Shown here: piece by piece, positions 19,471-29,663 of the stretch | Position numbering within the stretch: position 1 is the stretch's first letter | Layout: each line of letters begins with the position of its first letter | Source: an uncultured Verrucomicrobiae bacterium | GTDB taxonomy: Bacteria > Verrucomicrobiota > Verrucomicrobiia > Chthoniobacterales > JAFAMB01 | DNA: 64,000 bases | NCBI GenBank assembly: GCA_963837955.1 | Contig: CAWIPH010000002.1 | Coordinates: forward strand, 4,224,001-4,288,000 | Reading direction: 5' to 3' | The notes under the pieces: generated by a model | Told to the model about the DNA's origin: nothing | Databases searched by the model: none | What the model saw: only the letters and a program-made list of their open reading frames with translations | Program-made: the position numbers and the translations under genes

Positions 19471-20950
19471 GGTTCTTCATCTCCACCGGGTTTTCTTCCA
19501 GTGCACGAGCAGCGACTTCAATGTCATCGAACGGAATCGTTCGATCGGCGAACTCCTGATATTTTTCGTGACCCTTGCCGGCAATGAGAACGATATCCCG
19601 TGGCTGAGCAACCTGAATGGCACGCGTAATCGCTTCACGGCGGTCGGCTATCGACTCAAATCGTTTGGTCCGGAATCCGGCCTCGATCTCCCGAATGATC
19701 TGCATTGGATCTTCTTTTCGGGGATTGTCAGAGGTGATGATCGAGTAATCGGCATTTTGATCGGCAACTGCTCCCATCAGTGGTCGTTTGCCTTTGTCCC
19801 GATTTCCGCCGCAACCAAATACGACGATCAATCGGTTGGGATTCAAATCGCGGCAGGTCTTAATTACATTGTATAGAGCGTCATCGGTATGCGCGTAATC
19901 CACGAACACTTGGAATTGACGCTTGGCCTGGACGGCTTCTAGACGACCAGGAACTTGGGGAGCTCGGGCCAGCGCCAGCACCGCAGGACGAACGTCGAGT
20001 CCAAGCGCATGGATGGTCCCAAGCGCAGCCAACGAATTGTAGATATTGAATCGCCCGATCAATGGCAGACGCACTAGGAAGCTTTTTCCTTTTACGTCGA
20101 GCTGATAAGAAGTACCGGTGGCCTCAATCTTGAAGTTGCTGGCCCGAAAATCGGCTCGTGCACCCATCCCGTAAGTGATTATCGACAGGTCTCTCCCAAA
20201 CCGAGCTGCCAGTTGTTGCCCGTACGCATCATCAATATTGATGATGGCCGCCTGATTCTTTCCTTCCCTGCCTTTCAAGCTGGCAAATAGCTTCGCTTTA
20301 GCTTCGAAGTACTCTTTCATTCCGCGATGAAAATCGAGATGGTCTTGCGTGAGGTTGGTAAAGATCCCAACCCGAAAGCTAATTCCATCAACGCGCCCAA
20401 GTTCCAGCGCGTGCGAAGAGACTTCCATGACCACGTTGGAGCACCGAGCATCCACGCATTGTGCAAGGATCGATTGCAGGTCGAGCGACTCCGGCGTGGT
20501 TCGGGAAGCCGGTAAGACTCGCTCCCCGATCTCATACGAAACGGTTCCGATGAGACCGGTGCGTTGTCCCGCTCGTTCCAGTAGATGCTTAATCAGATAG
20601 GTAGTAGTCGTCTTTCCGTTGGTGCCCGTCACTCCGATCATGCGTAACTGCTTGGAGGGATTGGAGTGGAAGCTGGCCGCTAAGCGGGCGAGCGCGTCCC
20701 GCGAATTGGCCACCTGGATATGCGTTACCCGTTGGGTTAAACCCGGCTCCTCGGCCACGATCGCGACGGCGCCGCGCTCGATCGCCTGCTCAATGAAGCT
20801 GTGGCCGTCGAGGAGGTTCCCTCGGATGGCAACAAATAGGCTACCTGGACTCACTTCTCGTGAGTCGTAACATAACGAGGTGATCCGCCGGTCAAGCGAT
20901 CCGGTCACGATCGGATTTGCTAGCTCGCGAACCAGTTGTTCCAATTCCAT
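19460..20950 (-). CDS. murE: UDP-MurNAc-dipeptide--meso-DAP ligase
   Basis: GTNGKTT, TTP, MEVSSH, DYAHT, DNPR (meso-DAP specificity motif), GKGHE. Confidence 0.95.
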   Translation of the reverse strand: MELEQLVRELANPIVTGSLDRRITSLCYDSREVSPGSLFVAIRGNLLDGHSFIEQAIERGAVAIVAEEPGLTQRVTHIQVANSRDALARLAASFHSNPSKQLRMIGVTGTNGKTTTTYLIKHLLERAGQRTGLIGTVSYEIGERVLPASRTTPESLDLQSILAQCVDARCSNVVMEVSSHALELGRVDGISFRVGIFTNLTQDHLDFHRGMKEYFEAKAKLFASLKGREGKNQAAIINIDDAYGQQLAARFGRDLSIITYGMGARADFRASNFKIEATGTSYQLDVKGKSFLVRLPLIGRFNIYNSLAALGTIHALGLDVRPAVLALARAPQVPGRLEAVQAKRQFQVFVDYAHTDDALYNVIKTCRDLNPNRLIVVFGCGGNRDKGKRPLMGAVADQNADYSIITSDNPRKEDPMQIIREIEAGFRTKRFESIADRREAITRAIQVAQPRDIVLIAGKGHEKYQEFADRTIPFDDIEVAARALEENPVEMKNHGT

Positions 20951-20960
20951 ACCTTTTCGA

Positions 20961-22751
20961 TTAATCATGACTAGGGAATGTGGAAACAACTTTTTTATTT
21001 TCGGTGCCGGAACCTGGCGGATTGATCGGTTCCGTTGGACGCAAATCGAGATAGTCAGCTACCCGCTTGGCGATTTTCGAAAAGACCGGAGCAGCTACCG
21101 TCCCGCCGAACGCTGCGCCCTGTTTCATAACGGGATCATCCAGCAAAACCAAAAGCGCAAATTTGGGGTCATCCGCCGGCATGAAACCAACGAAGGATAC
21201 GACGTACTTACCTTCCAGATAACCGCCCCTCGGGTCGATCTTTTGCGCCGTACCTGTTTTCCCCGCGACTGCAAAGCCCGGAACAGCGGCTGCCGGAGCG
21301 GTACCTTCTTTGCTGACAACGTCTTTCAAAGCTGCCACTACTTTTTTCGCGGTAGTTATTGAAATCACGCGACGAACCACCTCAGGCGAGTAGTTGGCAA
21401 CCGTGCGACCGTCGGAATCGACGATCTGGGAAACAATCATCGGCTTTAGTAGATTACCACCATTCGCTATCACCGACATGGCGCTTACTAATTGCAGCGG
21501 AGTGACCGCAACAGACTGACCCATCGGGATGCGGGTGATGTCGAGCTTGCTCCAACGATAGGGAGGGTTCACTAGGCCAGGAATCTCTCCGGGCAGAGAA
21601 ATCCCAGTGCGCTCGCCGAATCCATAAAGCCGAATGTATTGATAAAATCGGGTCTCACCGAGTTGCAGCGCTAATTTGGCAGCGCCGATGTTGCTCGATT
21701 TAGAGAGAATCTGATGAACAGTTAAAATGCCCATCGGATGTGCATCTCGGAGGATTCGCCCCGCATACAAAAAATGTCCATTCTCACAAAATATCGTCGT
21801 CTCTGGGCTAACCAGCTTCTCTTCCAGGGCCGCAGAGGTAGCAACAATTTTAAACGTTGAGCCCGGCTCGATCATATCAACAATCGGGCGGTTCTTTTGT
21901 GCATCGTCGGCCGCTTCTCTGACGTTGTTGCAGTCGAAGTTCGGCCGGCTCGCGATCGCGAGAACTTCGCCGGTCTGCGGTCGAATCATGATCGCCGTCG
22001 CCATTTTTGGTGTGTACTCGGACCAGGCGGCGTCCAACTCTTGCTCAACGATTGTTTGCAGTCCCAGATCGACTGTCAGGACTACATCGCAGCCATTCTT
22101 TGCCGCTTTTTCCTGGCCACGGTATTGGACAAGTTCTCGCCCAGTGCGGTCTTCCTCGGTATAGCGATAGCCATCGCTCCCCTGGAGAAACTCCTGCATC
22201 GCCATTTCGATTCCGAGTATCCCTTTATGGTCATGATCAAGGAATCCGACCACCTGAGCCAAAAGCGGTCCATTCGGATACACCCTGACGAAATCAGGAT
22301 CGAAGTAGACCCCTCGCAACTTCCCTTTGCTGTCGCTGATGATCTTGCGAACTCGATCGGCGGTCTCTTCCGGGACCTCCTTCTTCTTCAGGATGACGTA
22401 CTCTTTCTTGTTTTGCTTTGCGGCAGTCAGCTTGTCCGCAAGGTCGCTCTGATCCATTTCCAGCTCAGCAGCGATTGCCTGCGCCAAAGCAAGTGGGTCC
22501 CTAATGTGCGAACCATCGGCGATCGCAACTCGGACCGGTAGGTTATCGGCGAGCGGTTCCCGGTGACAATCTCGAATGATGCCTCGCCGGGCATGGATGA
22601 TTTGTTTGTGGACATGTTTTTCGGCGGCCAGCGCCGTGTAATCGTCATGCTTGATGACTTGCAGATAGATCAGTCGGTAGGAGTAGACGCTGAAAATAGC
22701 GACCAACCCAAAACACACGGCGACAGCTCGTGTTTGCGCATCCCACCTCAT
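20961..22751 (-). CDS. ftsI: class B penicillin-binding protein (FtsI/PBP3)
   Basis: STFK (SxxK), SSN, KTGT; dcw position. Confidence 0.92.
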   Translation of the reverse strand: MRWDAQTRAVAVCFGLVAIFSVYSYRLIYLQVIKHDDYTALAAEKHVHKQIIHARRGIIRDCHREPLADNLPVRVAIADGSHIRDPLALAQAIAAELEMDQSDLADKLTAAKQNKKEYVILKKKEVPEETADRVRKIISDSKGKLRGVYFDPDFVRVYPNGPLLAQVVGFLDHDHKGILGIEMAMQEFLQGSDGYRYTEEDRTGRELVQYRGQEKAAKNGCDVVLTVDLGLQTIVEQELDAAWSEYTPKMATAIMIRPQTGEVLAIASRPNFDCNNVREAADDAQKNRPIVDMIEPGSTFKIVATSAALEEKLVSPETTIFCENGHFLYAGRILRDAHPMGILTVHQILSKSSNIGAAKLALQLGETRFYQYIRLYGFGERTGISLPGEIPGLVNPPYRWSKLDITRIPMGQSVAVTPLQLVSAMSVIANGGNLLKPMIVSQIVDSDGRTVANYSPEVVRRVISITTAKKVVAALKDVVSKEGTAPAAAVPGFAVAGKTGTAQKIDPRGGYLEGKYVVSFVGFMPADDPKFALLVLLDDPVMKQGAAFGGTVAAPVFSKIAKRVADYLDLRPTEPINPPGSGTENKKVVSTFPSHD

Positions 22752-23110
22752 TGGTTAGTGGCACGGTTGGAAACGATTCTCAGTTCGTCTCCAACCGCGC
22801 GGCGCTCTTGGTTAAGGCGAACAACCTGATCGGTAGTAATCGGGACTAGTCCCCGAGAATCTTTCGCCAAGCTCTTCATGAGTTCACGCCGAGAACTGAG
22901 AGAGCCCAAAGTCGATTCGATGATTTGATTGTCTCGCTGGAGATCGGTCAGCTTTTTCTCCAAAACGATCTGCTCGTTGCCGAGTTCCGTTAACTGGTTC
23001 TTCAAGTAGACGTAGGAGAGACCAGCAATGGCAGCAAACGCCATCGCCACAATCACTTTGCAAATGGATGAGGCGCGGATCGAATAAGTCTTTTTCTGAG
23101 TGCGGTTCAT
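22748..23110 (-). CDS. FtsL-like divisome protein
   Basis: Short basic tail, TM helix and coiled coil between rsmH and ftsI. Confidence 0.7.
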   Translation of the reverse strand: MNRTQKKTYSIRASSICKVIVAMAFAAIAGLSYVYLKNQLTELGNEQIVLEKKLTDLQRDNQIIESTLGSLSSRRELMKSLAKDSRGLVPITTDQVVRLNQERRAVGDELRIVSNRATNQ

Positions 23111-24078
23111 AGGAGGTTCCGTTCGATTACTCTTAGTTTGGCGCTTCTGGATCGTGGATTGCCGGCAAGTTCCTGTTCACCCGGTTCAACTGGACGTGAC
23201 GTAATTAATCTGAAGCCAAAGCTTGGGTTGGGTTTCGGTTCTGACCATTCCGGGCGGTCCACCCACTCCTGAGTGACCTTCCGGAAGAATTGTTTTACCA
23301 ATCGGTCTTCCAAGGAGTGGAAACTGATGACCGCGAATCTCCCCCCCGGTTTGACCTGCTCGGCCAGCAAAGGGAGGGCGCGCTCGATTGTCCCGAGTTC
23401 GTCGTTCACTGCGATCCGGAGCGCCTGGAAGATGCGAGTGGCCGGATGTCGCGGTCCGCGTCGCGGCAATACCGCTTCGACGGCTCGCGCAAGTTCGGCC
23501 GTTGTGGAGAAGGGATGGGAGACTCGGGTTCGGACGATCTCCGCCGCAACCCTTCGGGCAGCCGGCTCTTCTCCATAGTCTCGAAAGATTCGGATCAGTT
23601 CTGCCTCGGGTGCATAATTTACTAAATCGGATGCCTTCCTGGGCACGCTGGGACCCATTCTCATGTCGAGCGGACCGGACTGTTGGAAACTGAACCCTCG
23701 CTGCGGCGTATTGAGTTGATGAGAGGAGATCCCGAGATCGATCAGTACTCCATCGAACCCAGATATACCCATCTCGGTGAGATAGCGTGTACTTTCCGCG
23801 AAGTTGCTCCGAATCAGGGTGAGACGGGACCCGAAATCCGCCAGCAGCGACATGCTTTCCGAAATCGCGTCTGGATCCTGGTCTACTCCGATTACTTCCG
23901 CTCCAGCCTCAAGAAAGGCCCGCGTATGACCACCGCCGCCGATCGTCCCATCGAGGAAAATCTTACCTCGTCCTGGACGCAAATAGTTCAAGACCTCCGC
24001 CAGTAACACCGGTCGGTGGTACTGCTGGTAACTTTGATCTTCGTCAGCCATCTCTGCTTCGTTCGACAAAGCGATCAT
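23107..24078 (-). CDS. rsmH: 16S rRNA m4C1402 methyltransferase
   Basis: HRPVLL, DGTIGGGGH, DLGISSHQL, ISFHSLED, NPRSRSAKLR. Confidence 0.95.
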   Translation of the reverse strand: MIALSNEAEMADEDQSYQQYHRPVLLAEVLNYLRPGRGKIFLDGTIGGGGHTRAFLEAGAEVIGVDQDPDAISESMSLLADFGSRLTLIRSNFAESTRYLTEMGISGFDGVLIDLGISSHQLNTPQRGFSFQQSGPLDMRMGPSVPRKASDLVNYAPEAELIRIFRDYGEEPAARRVAAEIVRTRVSHPFSTTAELARAVEAVLPRRGPRHPATRIFQALRIAVNDELGTIERALPLLAEQVKPGGRFAVISFHSLEDRLVKQFFRKVTQEWVDRPEWSEPKPNPSFGFRLITSRPVEPGEQELAGNPRSRSAKLRVIERNLL

Positions 24079-24138
24079 CTTTTCCTTTTTGCTCGGTGAA
24101 TTGAAAATTGGTTTGATGCGCCGATTCGGTTCACCCCG

Positions 24139-24594
24139 CTACACACCCATCATCCCTAGGACGTGCTGGAAGGTCGGCGTCTCTTCGTCGAAGGTTTTCT
24201 TCCAGGTATCCGGATTCCATACTTCAAAGCGCGAATGGCCTCCGACTAAAACTACCTCTTGCTTCAGTTTGAGTTGGCGACAGTGCTCCTCGGGGAGGAC
24301 AAGACGGCCCTGTTTATCAGTGGTGAGGTGCTGGGCACGGGAATAAAATTGGCGAATAAACCGCCGTTTCTCTTGCGCGTGCAGTCTTGGGTCGGACTCA
24401 ACGCGTACTGCCACCTCCTGCATTACCTCAGGAGGCATCATCATCAAAAAGCCGTTCTCGTGGTCAGGTATAGCAAAGAACTCGTCCACCTCGCCACGGC
24501 GCCAACGCGCAGGAATGGTAACGCGATTTTTCGCGTCCATCGCGTGCCGGAATTCGCCGGCAAAAATTGGCAAGCCTTGCTGAGGTGTTTCCAT
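24139..24594 (-). CDS. mraZ: division/cell wall cluster repressor MraZ
   Basis: DAKNRVTIP and DKQGRLVLP repeats; first gene of the dcw cluster. Confidence 0.93.
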   Translation of the reverse strand: METPQQGLPIFAGEFRHAMDAKNRVTIPARWRRGEVDEFFAIPDHENGFLMMMPPEVMQEVAVRVESDPRLHAQEKRRFIRQFYSRAQHLTTDKQGRLVLPEEHCRQLKLKQEVVLVGGHSRFEVWNPDTWKKTFDEETPTFQHVLGMMGV

Positions 24595-24614
24595 GGGAAA
24601 TCATGGTTAGAAAA

Positions 24615-24660
24615 ACCATTTTAAACCACAATGCCCCACTTCTACCCACTTCTCACCAAC
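24615..24660 (-). promoter_or_regulatory. MraZ-binding direct repeats (GTGG-like, 10-bp period)
   Basis: + strand CCAT/CCAC/CCAC/CCAC/CCAA at 24616, 24626, 24636, 24646, 24656, just upstream of mraZ. Confidence 0.8.
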
Positions 24661-25124
24661 TTGGTCAATCAAATTCGAGTAATAGTCTCTGTTTTTACTT
24701 GCCTCTTTTGGCCAACTCTGTTCCACAGCGCCAAAATGCAGTTTCCGGATCAGGAAGCGAGGAGCCGTATACGGAAATCGTCGCCGGGTTCGTTCAGCTA
24801 TGGCGACGCCTACCGGGATACGCGGTAACAGCCCCGGAGTCGCGGATCCTGCGAGCTTGCCACCCTGCCTTTAACGAATTGAACCTGCGGTCGTCTCCGG
24901 CGTTTTTGCGCGATTCGGCTCAGAGGTTTCTTGCCAGACTGGCCACTTCGCGCCAGCTTCTCAGACTAGATGTCAACGAGGTGCTCTACGGATCCGGGAT
25001 GCGGCCGCGCCGAAGACCGCGCTCGAAACAGGTCGAATCCCTCTCATCGAAGCCAAAATAACCGATTTTTGACAGGTAATTTGCTAAAAATCGGCTGAAA
25101 TCCGCTCGTGTTCGGACTGTTTTA

Positions 25125-25133
25125 TGCTATACT
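25125..25133 (+). promoter_or_regulatory. extended -10 promoter element TGcTATACT
   Basis: TGnTATACT ending 10 nt before ATG 25144. Confidence 0.5.
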
Positions 25134-25143
25134 AGCCGTCCCT

Positions 25144-25464
25144 ATGGCTATTCAGAAGAAAAACGCCTTTTCCCGTCGTCTGCCAGACCTCGTCACGGAA
25201 GAACTAGTAACTGTACTTTCTCAAAAAAAGTCTTTCGAGTTCAAGCAGCTATTCGCAATCGTTCACGAAAATTTACGCCAGAGGAATGCTGCGAGTGGAG
25301 GTGAGGAGATGCTTCGGCTGCGGGCGTACGAGAAGTTACAAAATCTGGTAGCCCGTGGTGTCGTGAAAAAGACCGGCAAGATTTATAAGGGAGATTCGGG
25401 TGCGCTAGCTGCTATGACAGCGGCGAATGCCGCCCAGGCTGCGGCTATCGCGTCGAAACCTTAA
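25144..25464 (+). CDS. small basic hypothetical protein, possibly winged helix
   Basis: Helical pattern ending YEKLQNLVARGVVKKTGKIY; 8 nt upstream of nuoA. Confidence 0.75.
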   Translation: MAIQKKNAFSRRLPDLVTEELVTVLSQKKSFEFKQLFAIVHENLRQRNAASGGEEMLRLRAYEKLQNLVARGVVKKTGKIYKGDSGALAAMTAANAAQAAAIASKP

Positions 25465-25472
25465 CGCGTTGT

Positions 25473-25850
25473 ATGACGCAAGACTATCTTCCGGTCCTGC
25501 TCCAGGTCATCGTTGCAATCGGTTTCGCTGGAGTAGCGCTGCTGATGAGCGTGGTCCTTGGCCGGGTCGGAAGACGAAATCCAGTAAAGGACACACCGTA
25601 CGAATGTGGAATGGTGGCCCAGGGAGAGGCTCAACCGCGATTTAGCGTCAAATTCTACCTCGTCGCGATGCTCTTTATCCTCTTCGATATCGAGATCGTG
25701 TTCATGTACCCATGGGCGGTCGTATATCGGGATTTCATTGCGCAATACGGGGCTCTGCCCATTCTTGGAAGCATGGTTGGCTTCATCGGGATCTTGATGG
25801 TTGGATTTGTCTACGCCGTCAAGAAAGGGGCCCTGGAGTGGAAGCGTTAA
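25473..25850 (+). CDS. nuoA: NADH-quinone oxidoreductase subunit A
   Basis: PYECG, FYLVAMLFILFDIE, KKGALEW. Confidence 0.95.
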   Translation: MTQDYLPVLLQVIVAIGFAGVALLMSVVLGRVGRRNPVKDTPYECGMVAQGEAQPRFSVKFYLVAMLFILFDIEIVFMYPWAVVYRDFIAQYGALPILGSMVGFIGILMVGFVYAVKKGALEWKR

Positions 25851-25996
25851 AGGCTCATCCTAGCGGCGGTTAAACTCCGCAACGCGCCGCCCGGCAACCA
25901 AAATCGTTTTCGTCATCGTCCTCGATCTATGCCATCGAGGACGAGCACGAAGACAAAAGCGTCTCACCGGAATTCCCCCAATCCAGACCCGCCCAA

Positions 25997-26281
25997 ATGA
26001 AATCGTTAACGGCCAAACGCGCCATTTTCGAGGGTCGGGTGCAAGGGGTCGGTTTCCGCTTTTCGGTAAAGGAAATTGCTCAGGGGTTTGATGTGGTAGG
26101 TTGGGTAGCGAACCTTCCAGATGGCAGGGTTCAGCTGGAGGTCCAAGGCGCCGCAGAGGAAGTCGAGCAGTTCTTAGAAGCAATCCTCCAGAGCTACCTC
26201 CGCTCCCATATTCATCGCCAGTCGATCCAAGTCACCGATCCGGTTGAATCGCTGCGCGGGTTCGAAATCCGACGATTGTGA
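25997..26281 (+). CDS. acyP: acylphosphatase
   Basis: GRVQGVGFR, GWVANLPDGRV. Confidence 0.92.
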   Translation: MKSLTAKRAIFEGRVQGVGFRFSVKEIAQGFDVVGWVANLPDGRVQLEVQGAAEEVEQFLEAILQSYLRSHIHRQSIQVTDPVESLRGFEIRRL

Positions 26282-26366
26282 TTTTTCCGCACCGAGGTTT
26301 TGAGTCGATGCGTCTGTTCGCAATCTTCTAGACGGCCCGAAAATTCGGTCTCATATTCAGCGGGAA

Positions 26367-27089
26367 ATGCGGTTTGCGATCTTCGGCGATATTCACGCTA
26401 ACCTCGAGGCGTTTGAGGCCGTGCTCGCGGATGCAAAGGAAGAGGGATGCGACCGTAACATCTGTCTCGGCGACATTGTGGGCTACAATGCCGATCCCAA
26501 AGCTTGCCTCGACAAGGTCAGAGAATTGAATTGCCCAATCGTAAAAGGCAATCACGACGATTACGCATCTACTTTGAATCCCCTGGACAACTTCAACCCT
26601 CTAGCCGAATCCGCGATTCGCTGGACGCGCGACAAACTCAGCGAAGAGGACAAGACCTTTTTGCGTGATTTGCCCTTAGTCCACGAAGTGGAGTCTTTTA
26701 CCATAGTGCATGCTACGCTCGATGGGCCAGGCGAATGGGGGTACGTCCTCAATCAGCTGGACGCAGCCGCAAGTTTTTCGAAACAGAAGTCGCAAGTGTG
26801 CTTTTTTGGCCACACCCATGCTCCCCGCCTTTACATCCGCGACGGTTCCGTGATTGGGCTTTCGTTCGACGAAGTAGACATCGAACCGTATAGGAAATAT
26901 TTCATCAATGTGGGAAGCGTTGGGCAGCCCCGGGACGGAGATTGGCGCGCCGCTTATGCCATCTACGATTTCGAGGAACAGAGAGTGCGGTTGCGCCGGG
27001 TCCGATACGATATTGCTTCGACCAGATCGAAAATCGTCAATGCTGGTTTGCCCTCGAAGTTGGCCGAGCGCTTGTTCCATGGCCGATGA
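26367..27089 (+). CDS. calcineurin-like metallophosphoesterase
   Basis: GDIHAN, GDIVGY, GNHD, GHTH, NVGSVGQPRD. Confidence 0.92.
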   Translation: MRFAIFGDIHANLEAFEAVLADAKEEGCDRNICLGDIVGYNADPKACLDKVRELNCPIVKGNHDDYASTLNPLDNFNPLAESAIRWTRDKLSEEDKTFLRDLPLVHEVESFTIVHATLDGPGEWGYVLNQLDAAASFSKQKSQVCFFGHTHAPRLYIRDGSVIGLSFDEVDIEPYRKYFINVGSVGQPRDGDWRAAYAIYDFEEQRVRLRRVRYDIASTRSKIVNAGLPSKLAERLFHGR

Positions 27090-28060
27090 GGGCGAACACG
27101 GTTTTTCTGATCAAGCCAAGCTCGCTCGGTGACATCGTCCATACGCTTCCGTCGCTCCACGCGCTGCGACAGAGCTTTCCGCACAGCCGATTCCATTGGA
27201 TAGTTAACAGTGAGTGGAGTCCTCTGTTGCTGGGCAATCCTGACTTGGCCGAAGTCATCCCTTTTCCGCGCCAAAGTTTCCGCGGGCTCGCTGGAGTGCC
27301 CAAGTTTTTGAAATGGTGTCAACAGTTGGGGCGGTACCAGCCAGATTTAGTCCTGGATTTCCAGGGGCTTTTACGTAGCGCTTGGATGGCTCGAAGCACA
27401 CGCGGGAAGACCTTATTGGGACTATCTGACGCCCGAGAAGGCGCACGCTATTTTTACCAACAGACCGCTCGAGTTAACGCCAAACAACATTCGGTTGAAC
27501 GCTATCTAACACTCGCTTCTCTGGCGGGCGCCACCATTCCAGAAACGCCCCATTTTGAATTGCCGGCCGGCCGGCCGATACCCGAGTTTGAGTTGCCAAG
27601 CCGTTTCGTTGTGTTGCATCCGTTCGCGCGCGGGGCCAACAAATCGCTTTCGTCCTCTGAGATCTATGAACTGACTCGCGCTCTCGCCCCGCTCGCAGTG
27701 ATCATTGTCGGAAGGTCCGAAACGGATTTTCGATTCGCACTGAATGCAGCTTCTCTGGTCAACCATACCGATCTCCTTCAGCTCATCTGGCTCTTGCGCC
27801 GAGCTCGCTTCGTGATCAGCGTTGATAGCGGCCCGATGCACCTGGCGGCTGCGCTTTCCTCAAGGCTTTTATCTATCCATTTTTGGAGCGATCCAAAACA
27901 GGTCGGTCCGTATCCCAAAGATGCGTGGATCTGGCAAAATAACCGCATCTGCCAGGTCCGGGAACTGAACGACCAAGCTCTAAAAACAGCCCACTCTGCC
28001 CGGCCGCATCCCATCCAGATTGCAGCCTTCGTGCAAGAACAACTATTGCAAACGCGGTGA
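27086..28060 (+). CDS. glycosyltransferase family 9 (LPS heptosyltransferase-like)
   Basis: KPSSLGDIVH, DFQGLLRS, DSGPMHLAAA; ATGA overlap with the upstream gene. Confidence 0.9.
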   Translation: MRANTVFLIKPSSLGDIVHTLPSLHALRQSFPHSRFHWIVNSEWSPLLLGNPDLAEVIPFPRQSFRGLAGVPKFLKWCQQLGRYQPDLVLDFQGLLRSAWMARSTRGKTLLGLSDAREGARYFYQQTARVNAKQHSVERYLTLASLAGATIPETPHFELPAGRPIPEFELPSRFVVLHPFARGANKSLSSSEIYELTRALAPLAVIIVGRSETDFRFALNAASLVNHTDLLQLIWLLRRARFVISVDSGPMHLAAALSSRLLSIHFWSDPKQVGPYPKDAWIWQNNRICQVRELNDQALKTAHSARPHPIQIAAFVQEQLLQTR

Positions 28061-28080
28061 GCTGCCCGTAAGGAGAAAAT

Positions 28081-28569
28081 ATGCCTTCATTCGATATCGT
28101 CTCGGAGGTTGAGAGGCAAGAGATCGACAATGCTCTTAATCAGGCCAGAAAAGAGCTTAGTACGCGCTTTGATTTCAAAGAGAGCCAAGCTACCATCGAA
28201 CTTTCGGCACCGGACTTGATTGAGCTGAAAGCGGAAGACGCCAGCCGCCTGAAGTCGCTGCACGAGATCTTGATTGGTAAGCTCGCTAAGCGAAACGTCG
28301 ATCTGCGAAACGTGGAGCGAAAGGATCCCGCAATTTCACCACTCGGGCATGCGCGCCAAGAAATTCGGATCAAACAAGGATTGGAAGGCGATAAAGCGAA
28401 AGAAATTATCAAGGCGATTAAGGGGCTTGACCTGAAGGTCCAGAGCCAATTACAGGATCAGCAAGTCAGAGTTACGGGAAAAAAAAGGGACGAGTTGCAA
28501 GCTGTTATTCAGTTCCTTCGCGGCAAAGATTTCGGTGTCGCTCTCTCGTTCAAAAATTTTCGCGACTAA
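28081..28569 (+). CDS. yajQ: YajQ family nucleotide-binding protein
   Basis: MPSFDIVSEV, RVTGKKRDELQ, NFRD. Confidence 0.95.
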   Translation: MPSFDIVSEVERQEIDNALNQARKELSTRFDFKESQATIELSAPDLIELKAEDASRLKSLHEILIGKLAKRNVDLRNVERKDPAISPLGHARQEIRIKQGLEGDKAKEIIKAIKGLDLKVQSQLQDQQVRVTGKKRDELQAVIQFLRGKDFGVALSFKNFRD

Positions 28570-28597
28570 TTTCTGCGGCCGGGGCGAGATCAATCGA

Positions 28598-28960
28598 ATG
28601 ATCGGCAAACAATACGAGCGTTTGCTTTTGGTTCGTCCTGAATACCTGAATTCGATGGGTGCGCTGTTTGGCGGTTACATGATGATGTGGGCGGACGAAA
28701 TGGCGTTTATCGCCGCATCGCTGGAGTTTCCCGGAACGACGTTTGTGACCAAAATTTTCGGCGAATTCAACTTCATTCATCCACTCCGCCAGGGAGACCT
28801 GGTTCAGGTGATTAGCCAAGTTGAGTCGCGGGGGAACACGTCCTGCAGGGTCCAAGTCTGGTCGCTCGACCCGGTCAAGAACGTTCAGGTATTCCGCACG
28901 CACGCGATTTTGGTCAACGTCAGTAACGGCGTCAAAACGCCAATTCCGGCGCCGCTATAG
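28598..28960 (+). CDS. hotdog-fold acyl-CoA thioesterase
   Basis: VRPEYLNSMGALFGG..WADE, GNTS. Confidence 0.85.
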   Translation: MIGKQYERLLLVRPEYLNSMGALFGGYMMMWADEMAFIAASLEFPGTTFVTKIFGEFNFIHPLRQGDLVQVISQVESRGNTSCRVQVWSLDPVKNVQVFRTHAILVNVSNGVKTPIPAPL

Positions 28961-29007
28961 CTCCTCGGCTGATGAGGGTCCGGCCGGTTCAATTACTCGT
29001 TTATTAT

Positions 29008-29041
29008 TTTTTATTGATTGCTCAAATAAAATCGCTATGCT
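29008..29041 (+). promoter_or_regulatory. promoter with TTGA-N4-TCAA palindrome, probable TetR auto-operator
   Basis: TTTTATTGATTGCTCAAATAAAA overlapping -35 TTGATT (29014); -10 TATGCT at 29036. Confidence 0.55.
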
Positions 29042-29051
29042 CCCCACCCAA

Positions 29052-29663
29052 ATGGGACGAGCCCGCAGCTTCGATGAAGCTAAAATTCTCGCCGGGACCG
29101 CTCACTTGTTCCGACGACTCGGTTTCGCCGCGACCTCTCTAAAAGATCTGGAGAAAGCGACCGGTCTTCAAGCAGGTAGCCTTTACAATGCCTTCGGCAA
29201 CAAAAAGAGCCTCTTTCTGAGGGCCCTGGACACCTATCATACTTGCGTTGTCCGCCACCGAATCCAAACCTATCTGAAAGGGAACCACTTCGTTCAGGAG
29301 CTTACAAAATTTTTCACCTCGACCTACGAGATGGAGGGCATACCCAATGCTGGTTGCTTGCTGACAAACGCCGCCGCGGAGATAGGGGCTGACGATCCTG
29401 AGATCCAGAAAAAAATAGAAGAAGGCTTCTCGATCTTGCGCGACGCATTCGCTCGGGAAGTGCGCCGCGGCCAGACCCAAAATCTCGTAGCGCACGATAC
29501 TTCGCCCGAAGCTGCTGCGGAGTTCTTACTATCGGCGTACCAGGGCCTGCTTGTTCGGGTGCGGAACGGCACACCGGCGACAGTTTTGGATGAGATCGTG
29601 CGCATGACCATCGGAGCAATTTCACTCAAGAAGAACCCACCCAAAGCAAAAAGAAGACTATGA
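29052..29663 (+). CDS. TetR/AcrR family regulator
   Basis: MGRARSFD, GFAATS..GLQAGSLYNAFGNK, GCLL. Confidence 0.92.
   Translation: MGRARSFDEAKILAGTAHLFRRLGFAATSLKDLEKATGLQAGSLYNAFGNKKSLFLRALDTYHTCVVRHRIQTYLKGNHFVQELTKFFTSTYEMEGIPNAGCLLTNAAAEIGADDPEIQKKIEEGFSILRDAFAREVRRGQTQNLVAHDTSPEAAAEFLLSAYQGLLVRVRNGTPATVLDEIVRMTIGAISLKKNPPKAKRRL

Noticed and set aside
24761..24800. GAGCCGTATACGGAA resembling group II intron domain V
   Set aside because: The downstream bases do not complete the D5 hairpin, and there is no D6 or reverse transcriptase
24567..25061. 164 aa ORF divergent from mraZ
   Set aside because: Overlaps the mraZ start and operator, has no motifs and low-quality composition
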